A stretch of DNA of 64,000 nucleotides from Trypanosoma brucei (lineage: Eukaryota): assembly GCA_000002445.1 (NCBI GenBank), contig CP000071.1, forward strand, positions 1,696,001 through 1,760,000, written 5' to 3'. Shown here piece after piece: positions 1-8,763 of the stretch; within the stretch, counting starts at the first letter, position 1, and each line of letters starts with the position of its first letter. Below the pieces are notes generated by a model. It saw nothing but the letters and a program-made list of their open reading frames with translations. It was not told where the DNA came from and made no database searches. The position numbers and the translations under genes are program-made.

Positions 1-1068
1 GCCTATGTTTGCCGTCAAGTGTTGCTTGGGCTGCAATACCTCCACGCAAATCGAAAGATACACCGAGACATCAAGGGTGGTAACATTTTGCTGACGCGTG
101 ATGGTGGAGTGAAACTCGCTGATTTTGGTGTAAGCACGGAGTTGTCCCACTCCCTCTCGCGTCGTAACACATTTGTGGGCACGTTATTGTGGATGGCGCC
201 GGAGGCCATTTTGGAGCTCGATTATGACGAGAAAGCTGATCTGTGGAGTTTAGGTATTACATTGATTGAAATGGCGGAGGGCGCACCACCGTATATTGAC
301 ACTCACCCAGCGCGTGCCTTGTTTATGATTCCGAAGATGGATCCACCCTCGCTCCAGGACAAGGAACGGTGGTCGCCACAAATGACACTTTTTCTCAAAA
401 GGTTACTGACAAAGGATCACAACGCTCGCCCGACAGCCACGACAATGCTTAACGACCCCTTTGTACTACCGGAGAATATTGGTACGCAGGAGCAGCTTAA
501 AGCCGTTATAGATGAGGTGCTTGCTAAGAAAGCTTCAATAGACCCGCAACGTATGCGCGACTACACGGATTCGAGCGCAACATTCGTGGAAAGGACGTCT
601 TCCGATGGTGGAGGTGGGGATGATCACAGCACGGACAGCAGGGATGAGGTTCAGCCGCACTTAACAGCAAAGGGCCTCACCAACGCTCCCGCGAATTCGA
701 TAGAGGCGTTGGACGGGGCCGGAACTCACCTCTTCTTCCAGGATGGTACACTCCTACCACTGCCTATGCTCTACACACAGGACATAAGTTTCGATGAACT
801 TTGTGTTGGTGAGGAGCTCAATGGGCCATTTTCATTACCAGTGCCTAGTGTGGAGTCGTTGTTGGTTCCCCCTGAACAGCAGTCAACGGCTTGTCACGGC
901 GGCGAGGCGCTGGCGCACACCATGCACGTAACGGCGAAGCTGAAGGAGATGCTGTATTACCACAAGCAGCTTCCTTACTGTCGCGGTCTCACAGACGCGG
1001 AGGCAGCGAAGTCCAGGGAAATGCAGCTAAAGTATGGGTCTGTGTTGAAGAGTGTCTACCGCCTGTAG
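1..1068 (+). CDS. STE20/PAK-like Ser/Thr protein kinase, C-terminal portion; 5' end lies outside the window
   Basis: The reading frame is open from nt 1 (AYVCRQVLLGLQYLH...). It carries kinase subdomain motifs HRDIKGGNILL, DFGVS and APE, characteristic of STE20-family catalytic domains, followed by a low-complexity tail. The ORF-track start at 19 is a GTG inside the kinase domain, so the gene is truncated by the window edge. Confidence 0.85.
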   Translation, partial: AYVCRQVLLGLQYLHANRKIHRDIKGGNILLTRDGGVKLADFGVSTELSHSLSRRNTFVGTLLWMAPEAILELDYDEKADLWSLGITLIEMAEGAPPYIDTHPARALFMIPKMDPPSLQDKERWSPQMTLFLKRLLTKDHNARPTATTMLNDPFVLPENIGTQEQLKAVIDEVLAKKASIDPQRMRDYTDSSATFVERTSSDGGGGDDHSTDSRDEVQPHLTAKGLTNAPANSIEALDGAGTHLFFQDGTLLPLPMLYTQDISFDELCVGEELNGPFSLPVPSVESLLVPPEQQSTACHGGEALAHTMHVTAKLKEMLYYHKQLPYCRGLTDAEAAKSREMQLKYGSVLKSVYRL

Positions 1069-1360
1069 AGGGAGAGTCACGAAGAGGTGAAGGGTTGTGG
1101 GTTCGTCTGTCTAACTGACTGTGGTGTGGTACCCAAGACTGAAGAGGGGAAAGCAAGGGAATGGTGTAGGAAGATCCCCATTTTGTTGCAGGCCTTTATT
1201 GCCCTTTGTTTTTGCTTTTGTGCTCGCTACACGTACAGTATATCTCGCGGGCTTGGTTTTCTTTCCCTCCTCTGTCGGTGAACTACCAACGTGTTATTTG
1301 ATGTCTCCGCACGTCTGACCGAGTTGCAAAGCGGGGACGCTTTTTGGTGGTAGTCTAGGG

Positions 1361-1390
1361 CCTTCTTCGCCTGTTCCTCTTCTTCTTCCC
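1361..1390 (+). promoter_or_regulatory. polypyrimidine tract (putative trans-splicing/polyadenylation signal) upstream of the PSMD9-like gene
   Basis: A C/T run (ccttcttcgcctgttcctcttcttcttccc) is followed by AG dinucleotides before the ATG at 1458. This is the kinetoplastid trans-splicing signal architecture. Confidence 0.45.
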
Positions 1391-1457
1391 ACCGACAAAC
1401 ATTTTATAATTGGGAGTCTTGTGAGAGATAGTAGGCAGCCCCTGGGTTCTGTGAAGA

Positions 1458-2126
1458 ATGTCTGGAACTTTACTCAAGGAAGAGCTGCTACAGTTGGACA
1501 ACAAACGGCGATCCATAATGAGGGATATCGAGGAAGCCATGACATTCCTCAACTCCACACCAGTAGGGCTTCGCGGCAGTCTTGTGGACAGCGAGGGGTT
1601 CCCGCGTGATGATTGCGACCTCTACGCCGTACGTCGTGCACGGCACACTGTAAACTGCGGGCACAATGATCTTAAGTCTATCGAGGCTACCATTCACGAG
1701 AAGCTTTCGCAGCTGCATGAGGAATGCCGCGGGGAGGCGGAGGAGCAGATGCAGCGGGACAAAATGAAGAAGAAATCGGAGGACGATCAACGAAGGCGGG
1801 ACGAACAAAAGCAGGTGATGTCCAGCAAAGAACCATTCGTGCGTGTGGTAGACGTCGCGACTGGAAGCCCAGCTGAGGAAGGAGGCCTTATATGTGGTCA
1901 CCTCATAGTCCAGTACGGTGACGTAGATGCGGAAAAGGTGTTGGAAGGAGGTTTCGGCGAAATGGCGCGAGTTACATCGAGTTATGAGGGGCAGATGTTG
2001 CGAGTGTGGGTACGTTCTCCCAGTGATGATGACTGTGGTGGGGCACGAGAGCTTTTTATCGTTCCACAGAGATGGAGAGGTGAGGGTCTTTTAGGATGCA
2101 CATTTGAGCCAATGAAATTGAATTAG
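1458..2126 (+). CDS. 26S proteasome non-ATPase regulatory subunit 9 / Nas2-like assembly chaperone (PDZ domain)
   Basis: It starts at an ATG and encodes 222 aa. The N-terminal helical region (LLKEELLQLDNKRRSIMRDIEEAMTFL) and the C-terminal PDZ-like segment (VVDVATGSPAEEGGLICGHLIVQYGDV...) match the PSMD9/p27 architecture. A polypyrimidine tract lies at 1361-1390 upstream. Confidence 0.7.
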   Translation: MSGTLLKEELLQLDNKRRSIMRDIEEAMTFLNSTPVGLRGSLVDSEGFPRDDCDLYAVRRARHTVNCGHNDLKSIEATIHEKLSQLHEECRGEAEEQMQRDKMKKKSEDDQRRRDEQKQVMSSKEPFVRVVDVATGSPAEEGGLICGHLIVQYGDVDAEKVLEGGFGEMARVTSSYEGQMLRVWVRSPSDDDCGGARELFIVPQRWRGEGLLGCTFEPMKLN

Positions 2127-2546
2127 CGCATACCCGTGTGCGATCGTGGCGGTTTTCGCAAGTGATGATGCGCTTGTCTGCATGCGATAAGACGTCGTGT
2201 CTCGGGTGTGCAGTGATGGGGTGTATGCTCTCATCGCGGGGTGTCGCTGCTTCCACACATGCTAGCTTTGCGGGGGTCGTGGAAGGGGGGCTGCGGCGCA
2301 ACCAGATGCGTCAAAAACGCGGACTATTAATGTAGATGCAGTTGAACTTTGCGCAGACTCCCTGTTTTTGGAGTTGCCGCTACTCTCTCCCTTCCCCTCG
2401 GAAGTTTAATTTTGCACCAAGTTTCTGTATGTTTCGCGTCTTTCCCCTTAAAATGAACGCCTCGTCCCTGGACCAAAACACCCGGTAGCACAACCCCACT
2501 TCTACTCCGTGACCCTCTTTCTTTGAAGGTTGCACAGTGCGAAAGC

Positions 2547-5183
2547 ATGCTGTCCTCTGCGCTCGGCATGGGACATTATACCCGTATTATTTCGGTATAC
2601 GAGCGCTTCGCCGTCCTTTCCACCTGCACCATCAAGCGAGAAGTGGAGCGGATGCTGCATTCCACATGCGCGGGTACCTCGCAGCAGCAGCACCAACATC
2701 AGCAACGCCAACTTCTCACCACCGTTTGTGATTTACTTGTGAAGAGTGGCGAGTGGCGGCGTGCATTTGCCGTGGCTCAACACCTTCCGCTAGCAGAGCG
2801 ACAAGCTATTGTATCTGCGGCAGAAAGGAGGCAGGAGGGCAACGCCGTAGAACAGGGGCAGACCACATTGGGTACTTCGGCGCCTTCGAACTGCGACACA
2901 TCAGCTCCCGGTAACCTTCACAAGGCCCTAAATGAGGATCTAGTCCGGATGGCCTTTGCTTTGCAGCGGAGTGGAAAGAAAGCGGCCTTAACCAGCGGCC
3001 GGGTTGAAACTGAGGGAAGTGTTGGTGTTGATGGCGAAATGCTGAATACGCAGCAGCGGATTTTTAGGGAGTTGAGTAGGCGGCACCGGTACAGAGAACT
3101 GATTCAGTGTGTAATAAACTGGAAGTCGAGGGGATTAATCCCCGTCAAACACAAATCAGTGGCAGATGTCAGATGTGCTAGTAGTGATGGTAGCATTGAC
3201 GAGCATCACAAGGTTAGTGGAGATGGAAACGGATCTACTATGGGGGCGGGCAGCAGTAGGGAGACTGGTATTAACAGGGACATCGTATTTAACGCTGAAC
3301 AGGCGCTGCAGTCACTCATCTTCAACTCCACTTCCGGGAAACAGTGGGAGGAGGCAATGCAACACCACCAAGCATTCTTTATTCACATGCTCCGCGACCC
3401 AATGGCAGCACAGCAACTGCTGCGAAAAACAGATGTTGGGTTTTTTTCTCAACTCCTTCTATCCCTTCTTAGGGACAGCAACGCCACAACCACCACCTTG
3501 TCTTCACCGTCTCAGGCTTGTGGCTTCAGAGAACAAGCAACTCCGTGGGACACTATTGCATCGATGTGTTTTGCGCTCCGCTCGCACGTGGGGCAACAAA
3601 AGAAGGTTCTCAAGGTTGAACTTTTGCATGCATTGTTGAGTGCCTTGAGAAGGGAAGCCAAGACGGTGACAGTAACGAGGGAGAATGCTGGTTTTAACTC
3701 ACGGTCGAATGTTGTTTCCGCCGCCGCGACAAGCATGATGCGATCACTACCTGATGATATCGGTGATCGGTCTATGCGGTCTTCTGTTGAGGGGCTTTGC
3801 GTGCCGTTAGTACATCACAACGAGGCGCAGGCGCGGTTCATCGGCCTCCCTCTCTTCGTGGATTTGGCACTTGCGATGTGTGACTGCGGCGTACCGGTTA
3901 CCAATGCATTAGTTCAGTGTATGCTCCTCTGTTTGGGGAATATGCAACGCCATCGGCTAAGTGAAACGGTACCGGTTCCACAAACCAAGGCGTTGAAAAG
4001 GGAACGCGAACTGATAATGAGCTTGGTAACCGAACCACGGGCTGTGCGCTGGCTTCCTGCCTTGCGACTTTTGCAAACATGTAGCGAGCAGCACCACTTT
4101 TTGGTTACATCTGCGCATCTGCGATGCCTTCTTGGTGGCTTACAGAGTATTTCTATCCGTCAGACGTGGCCCGCTGCTCTTTCCGCTGCATCGTTCCTGA
4201 TGACCCGTCACCACATTTTCCCAGATGAAGCGTCTGTGGAGAAATTAATGCTTAACCTCCATGCGGCGTCATGGCAACGCGTGTTTGAGGTGCTGCGCCT
4301 ATACGATCGGAAGCACATCCAGCCGTCACCCACTATTCTTCGTGATTTACACGTTGTGGCAATGAAGCACAGTTCGTGGGATACGGTTCTGCGTGTTATG
4401 CAGAGCATTAAAGATGTGGGTCACCAGCAGGCAGGGTTTATGAACTATGTATACTGTTTGCGGGCTTACGGATGCGCGGGGAAGTGGAACAGCGCTGTGA
4501 AACTATTTATGCAACTGAAAGACGTTCCCCGCATCGGCCTCCCACGCCCCGCCCTCAATGAAAAGACGGTGGCAGTTCCCGTGATAGCCATGATGGAAAA
4601 CAATCATTGGGAGGAAGTCATACATTTTGCTAACACTGTGTGGAAAAAATGTGGCGCGGGATTAACAGTTGAAGGGGCTGAGGTCACCCGTGCTGCCACG
4701 CTCCTTTCTCTCGTCCACATTGGTGAGTCTCAAAGAGTAGCGACTTTCTTGAACAATTGTTGCGGGCAACGGAACGCCCGCGGTACCAACGCATCAGTTT
4801 CAGCTGACGGGAATCTAATTCCTGACACCGGATCATCGGAGGTGCTTCGGGGGATTGTGGTACGGGCGGCCCAGCTACAAACGCTTCTCGGTATGGAGCA
4901 CCTCAATTCACCTATCCGCCTCGTGTTTGATCTCCTTGGCGCCGATAAAGACGGCGATAAAGCAGAGCAATTCTCAGTGGACACTCGCAGTCGCTCCCCT
5001 CGCCCGCAGCTGTACCTTCCGCCGCAGCACATTCAGCATCAACACGAGTGGTTCGCAACGACGTTAGGCCACATGACGCGCCATGACGAGCGTCTCTTCT
5101 GCGCCGCTGCCCAACAGGCGGTGGCTGAGGCCATGTCTTCCATTGGTGTGGCACCCGTGTACCTGAAGGCGGCTCTGCTCTAA
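2547..5183 (+). CDS. hypothetical protein (879 aa), predicted helical-repeat protein
   Basis: This is a 2.6 kb uninterrupted ORF. I trimmed the ORF-track TTG start at 2523 to the first ATG (MLSSALGMGHY...). No family motif is recognised by eye; it has a His/Gln-rich stretch (QQQHQHQQRQ) and Leu-rich helical-repeat character. A polypyrimidine tract lies at 2360-2400. Confidence 0.6.
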   Translation: MLSSALGMGHYTRIISVYERFAVLSTCTIKREVERMLHSTCAGTSQQQHQHQQRQLLTTVCDLLVKSGEWRRAFAVAQHLPLAERQAIVSAAERRQEGNAVEQGQTTLGTSAPSNCDTSAPGNLHKALNEDLVRMAFALQRSGKKAALTSGRVETEGSVGVDGEMLNTQQRIFRELSRRHRYRELIQCVINWKSRGLIPVKHKSVADVRCASSDGSIDEHHKVSGDGNGSTMGAGSSRETGINRDIVFNAEQALQSLIFNSTSGKQWEEAMQHHQAFFIHMLRDPMAAQQLLRKTDVGFFSQLLLSLLRDSNATTTTLSSPSQACGFREQATPWDTIASMCFALRSHVGQQKKVLKVELLHALLSALRREAKTVTVTRENAGFNSRSNVVSAAATSMMRSLPDDIGDRSMRSSVEGLCVPLVHHNEAQARFIGLPLFVDLALAMCDCGVPVTNALVQCMLLCLGNMQRHRLSETVPVPQTKALKRERELIMSLVTEPRAVRWLPALRLLQTCSEQHHFLVTSAHLRCLLGGLQSISIRQTWPAALSAASFLMTRHHIFPDEASVEKLMLNLHAASWQRVFEVLRLYDRKHIQPSPTILRDLHVVAMKHSSWDTVLRVMQSIKDVGHQQAGFMNYVYCLRAYGCAGKWNSAVKLFMQLKDVPRIGLPRPALNEKTVAVPVIAMMENNHWEEVIHFANTVWKKCGAGLTVEGAEVTRAATLLSLVHIGESQRVATFLNNCCGQRNARGTNASVSADGNLIPDTGSSEVLRGIVVRAAQLQTLLGMEHLNSPIRLVFDLLGADKDGDKAEQFSVDTRSRSPRPQLYLPPQHIQHQHEWFATTLGHMTRHDERLFCAAAQQAVAEAMSSIGVAPVYLKAALL

Positions 5184-5308
5184 GGAACTGATCTTTAAGG
5201 AATATTTGCACCCGACTATATCTGTGTGTATGTGCAGAAAATAGTGTATCGAACTGTCACGCGACGTATCGGAGGGTAACAACCGACTTCCCAACAATAG
5301 TTGAATTC

Positions 5309-5335
5309 TTTTTTTTTTTTTGAGAGGGGGGGGGG
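5309..5335. repeat. T13-gagag-G10 homopolymer pair
   Basis: tttttttttttttgagagggggggggg lies in the spacer between the 2547 and 5926 genes. Confidence 0.85.
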
Positions 5336-5556
5336 TAACGGTATGTTACTAGTTTTCGTCTACTTCGTTTCAATCCTTTTCTGGAATTGCAACCTGCTGG
5401 GTTTCTTTTAGCGTTGTTAGTGCGTGAATAGGAGTCTCACGATTTGGCACTACCTTTATTTCCTTCCTTCTCCGTTGGCTGTATCTATTCGAAGTCAAGA
5501 AGCAACGGGAAAATAGGAAGAAAAAAGCAAATCGACCGTACTTTCGTAGACAGCGA

Positions 5557-5603
5557 GGGGGGGGGGGAAGACCTACCACAGGACTAAATCAAAAAAAAAA
5601 AAA
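5557..5603. repeat. G11 ... A13 homopolymer pair, an approximate mirror of the pair at 5309-5335
   Basis: ggggggggggg-aagacctaccacaggactaaatc-aaaaaaaaaaaaa lies in the same intergenic spacer. Confidence 0.85.
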
Positions 5604-5925
5604 TCACAAATAGAGGGAATTCAAAGTATAAAACAGTGCAAACAAAGGTGTCTTCATCCTCAAAGGGAAGTGGAAGTAGGAGATAATTTTTTTGGAGGAG
5701 GGATTAAATAAGCAGAAAAAGGTCAGTAGTCTTTTTTTGTAGCGATAACCCCCGCAGGTTTAAGAAGGGGTATAAAATATAAGAACAAAACGGAAGTCGT
5801 GCAAATTGGGTGGTGTGTTTGCCTTCTGTCAGAAAGGTAACTGAGCAGAAAACAACTTCTAAAAGAAGGTGCGGGGAACGAACGAGGTGGAAAAGCGCTC
5901 AAACAAAATCTATTCCTCCACAGAA

Positions 5926-7362
5926 ATGAACACACCACTGCATGCCGCAGCAGCGGTGGGCGACATTAGGGCTCTTGTGAGGATAAGCAGGGTTAGCAGC
6001 ACTAATGTTAACGCCGTGGATGAAGAGGGACGTACGCCCTTGCACATCGCCGCAGAGAAGGGAAATATGGAGTTTGTACGGATGTTGTTCCGGAAATTCA
6101 ACGGTGTTGACACAACGATTCTTGACAACAGTAGCAAGACGGCTGTTCAGCGGGCGCCGGTGGAACAGCAACAGCAGTTAACACTCCTCCTGTCAGTGGA
6201 GGAAGCTAATACAATTGCACGTGCTAAGGACAATTTAAACGTTAAGAGGGAGAAGGAGGAGGAGGAAAATGTGTACAAGGACCATGACGTGGAAGGCTCT
6301 GATATGGTGAACCCGCAGGTACTTCGTAAGATTGTCATCTGCCTTTTGGTGCCGTTTGTTTACCCCCTGTTAAACATGGGGACCATCTTCGTCCTCCAGT
6401 ACGCTGCCCTGACATTCGTCTTCTACTTCGTTGTGGTGGGCTATTTTCTATCGGAATTTACGATCAAGCCGCCGTGGTACCATCACCATCCAAAGAGTAA
6501 TGAGTTGACGGCCCGTGGTTGCCCTGACTATTGGAACGGTTGCGTTAACGACCCGTTCAAAGACTTGGGGCTGCAGTTCGATAACGTATCTTTCATTTCT
6601 ACAGACCAATATGTACTTCGTGGATGGCATGTCCCACCACCGAGTGATAAGCCGCGGGGAATGGGTGTCGTCCTCGTGCACGGCGGTGGTAGGGACCGTC
6701 GGGCGTGGCTCCGTCATGTTCCTTTCCTTCACAATGCAGGATACGGATGCTTACTGTTTGATTTCCGCGAGCATGGGCTGAGCGACGGTAACATGCGCGG
6801 TTTCACATATGGCATGAAAGAGAGGTTTGATGTAGTAGCAGCATGCCACTTCATGCGTTCCGAATGTGGTTACAACCGTATCTGTGCAATGGGGACAAGC
6901 GTGGGCGCGTCGTCAGCGATCATGGCTGCTGCAATTGACAAAACCATTGATATCATAGTGGCGGAGAATGCGATTCTGACCTGCGCAGCACTGCAGGATC
7001 AGCAGATCGTTAACATTATCGGCGGTTACTTTGCCAGACGAGTGTACAGTACCTTCTTTTTTAACCTCCTTCGTAGAACTGCGTCGTTCTGGCTCAACTA
7101 CCGTATAGGCAACAAGCCCAGCAAGCACTGTCAAGCGCTGCACTGTATTGCAAAAGTGTCTCCACGACCCATCTTACTTATGCATGGTACTGCCGACGAG
7201 CTCGTCCCGTGCCGCCACTCTCAGAAGTTGTTCGAAGAGGCCTCTGAGCCGAAGGAGTTGTACCTCGCAGAGGGGGCGTTCCACTGCGGGTTGCACAACA
7301 CACATAAGGAGGAGTACGAGGCGAGGGTTTTGGGCTTCCTCCAGCGGTACGGTGGGGGGTGA
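5926..7362 (+). CDS. ankyrin-repeat / transmembrane / alpha-beta-hydrolase (serine hydrolase) fusion protein
   Basis: The N-terminus has two ankyrin repeats (TPLHAAAAVGDIRALV..., GRTPLHIAAEKGNMEFVRML). Hydrophobic segments (IVICLLVPFVYPLL, TFVFYFVVVGYFL) follow, and the C-terminal domain has a GxSxG nucleophile elbow (AMGTSVGAS) plus an HGTADELVP motif typical of alpha/beta-hydrolases such as DLH/S9-like enzymes. I trimmed the GTG start at 5869 to the ATG at 5926. Confidence 0.75.
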   Translation: MNTPLHAAAAVGDIRALVRISRVSSTNVNAVDEEGRTPLHIAAEKGNMEFVRMLFRKFNGVDTTILDNSSKTAVQRAPVEQQQQLTLLLSVEEANTIARAKDNLNVKREKEEEENVYKDHDVEGSDMVNPQVLRKIVICLLVPFVYPLLNMGTIFVLQYAALTFVFYFVVVGYFLSEFTIKPPWYHHHPKSNELTARGCPDYWNGCVNDPFKDLGLQFDNVSFISTDQYVLRGWHVPPPSDKPRGMGVVLVHGGGRDRRAWLRHVPFLHNAGYGCLLFDFREHGLSDGNMRGFTYGMKERFDVVAACHFMRSECGYNRICAMGTSVGASSAIMAAAIDKTIDIIVAENAILTCAALQDQQIVNIIGGYFARRVYSTFFFNLLRRTASFWLNYRIGNKPSKHCQALHCIAKVSPRPILLMHGTADELVPCRHSQKLFEEASEPKELYLAEGAFHCGLHNTHKEEYEARVLGFLQRYGGG

Positions 7363-8550
7363 AGGCCATTCGAGAAAACAGAAGGATCAGGGATGGAAAC
7401 GAAGGGGTGCAGGAAGTGAAGCTTGGAAGGGCCGGGAAGAACGGTAAAGACCCGAAATGAATAAATAGAATGAATGGAAAAGGATTGCAGACAAAGAGTA
7501 AAGACCTGAGTGCACACGTGTCCCCGTGGTGCGTCACTCCCAAGTGCCGCCCCATCACTCGAGCGTACAGAGGGCGAGAAAGCTTCTTGGAAATCTCACA
7601 TATTACCCCTTCAGCCTTCGTCTTCTCATCCTCTTTCGCCTTTCTGGAACTCCCTTTATCAACTCCCTTTATCCTCACCACCGTGTTGTTTGCAGGAAGC
7701 TGTGGCTCCCGCCCCCCCCCCAACTGCAGTTGTAAATGAACGTATTCGCGATCTCATCCTTTCCCCCTCTCCCTTCTCTCACCTTTCTAAGAAGCATTCA
7801 ACTCTTATTTAGCCCATTTTGGGGTGTGTTCCCACAACAATAAAAGACGCCCATTTCTTTTCTCCGCCGTTCGGCGCCCTTTCTTTCAACGACTACCGTT
7901 GCTGAAGTTTATATGCATTATGAACCCCAGCGCTTTCTTTTTAAGTTTTTTCTGCGGTTGATTTTTTTTACCCTCGTTACCTTTGCGTCGCGTTACAGTG
8001 AGGTCGCAGACACAGGGCGGTCATGTGTTGATCCCAGTACAGAAAGGCCAGTCCTAAGGAGGCTTTACCTACCTTTAATCTTACCTCATATTTTCCTTTT
8101 TCCTTTTATGCACTTCCGTTTTCTTTGTTTTTGCTTTTCGCGCACACATGTATTTATTCGATCTCTAGTTGGGGTGAAGCTGCACCAGGAGCGGTTAATG
8201 GGGAATGATGAATGTCGCGAATTATATGCGAAGAATTCTGTAAATAGGAGGTGAATAATAGGAATGAAGAAATTGGTGGGATCTTTTGCGCTATAGCGGT
8301 AGCGTGCTCAATGTGGGAGGGCTCGTTGTTGTGTTATTCAATTTGTCGTTAAGAGTACCGTTTCTGCCACCTTTTCTTTTTTCCAAAAAAAAAAACACAT
8401 TGTGTGCGTGTGCGTTGGGGAGCGAAGCAGTGAACTAGTGGTTGAAAAGTGGGCCGTGTGAACTTCACCCCAACCGTTCTTGCTGTGCCCCCTCGTGCGC
8501 CGTATATTTGTGTCTAGAACACTCTAGAGCCCGTAATGGCTAAAACACGT

Positions 8551-8615
8551 CTTTTTCCCTGTCTAACTCTCCTTTCTACCCGCCTCTCTCTCTCTCTCTG
8601 TGTGTGCTTTCCCGT
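8551..8615 (+). promoter_or_regulatory. polypyrimidine tract containing (CT)8(TG)4, upstream of ELP3
   Basis: ctttttccctgtctaactctcctttctacccgcctctctctctctctgtgtgtgctttcccgtg lies about 150 nt upstream of the ELP3 ATG. Confidence 0.4.
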
Positions 8616-8763
8616 GTTGAGTTTGCTCGATGTTTAGATTGTAACGCAACAAGCAACAACGCAAACGTTAACCTCTATTCTTTCCGTGTTTGCAACGTAC
8701 AAACATAATCTTAGAATCCCATAGGGGATATTTACTTGCGTTGTTCAGGTGACTGAGGTTAGA

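Noticed and set aside
3166-3639. 157-aa alternative-frame + strand ORF inside the 2547-5183 gene
   Set aside because: It lies wholly within a longer, better-supported ORF in another frame and has a low-complexity composition. It is a chance overlapping ORF.
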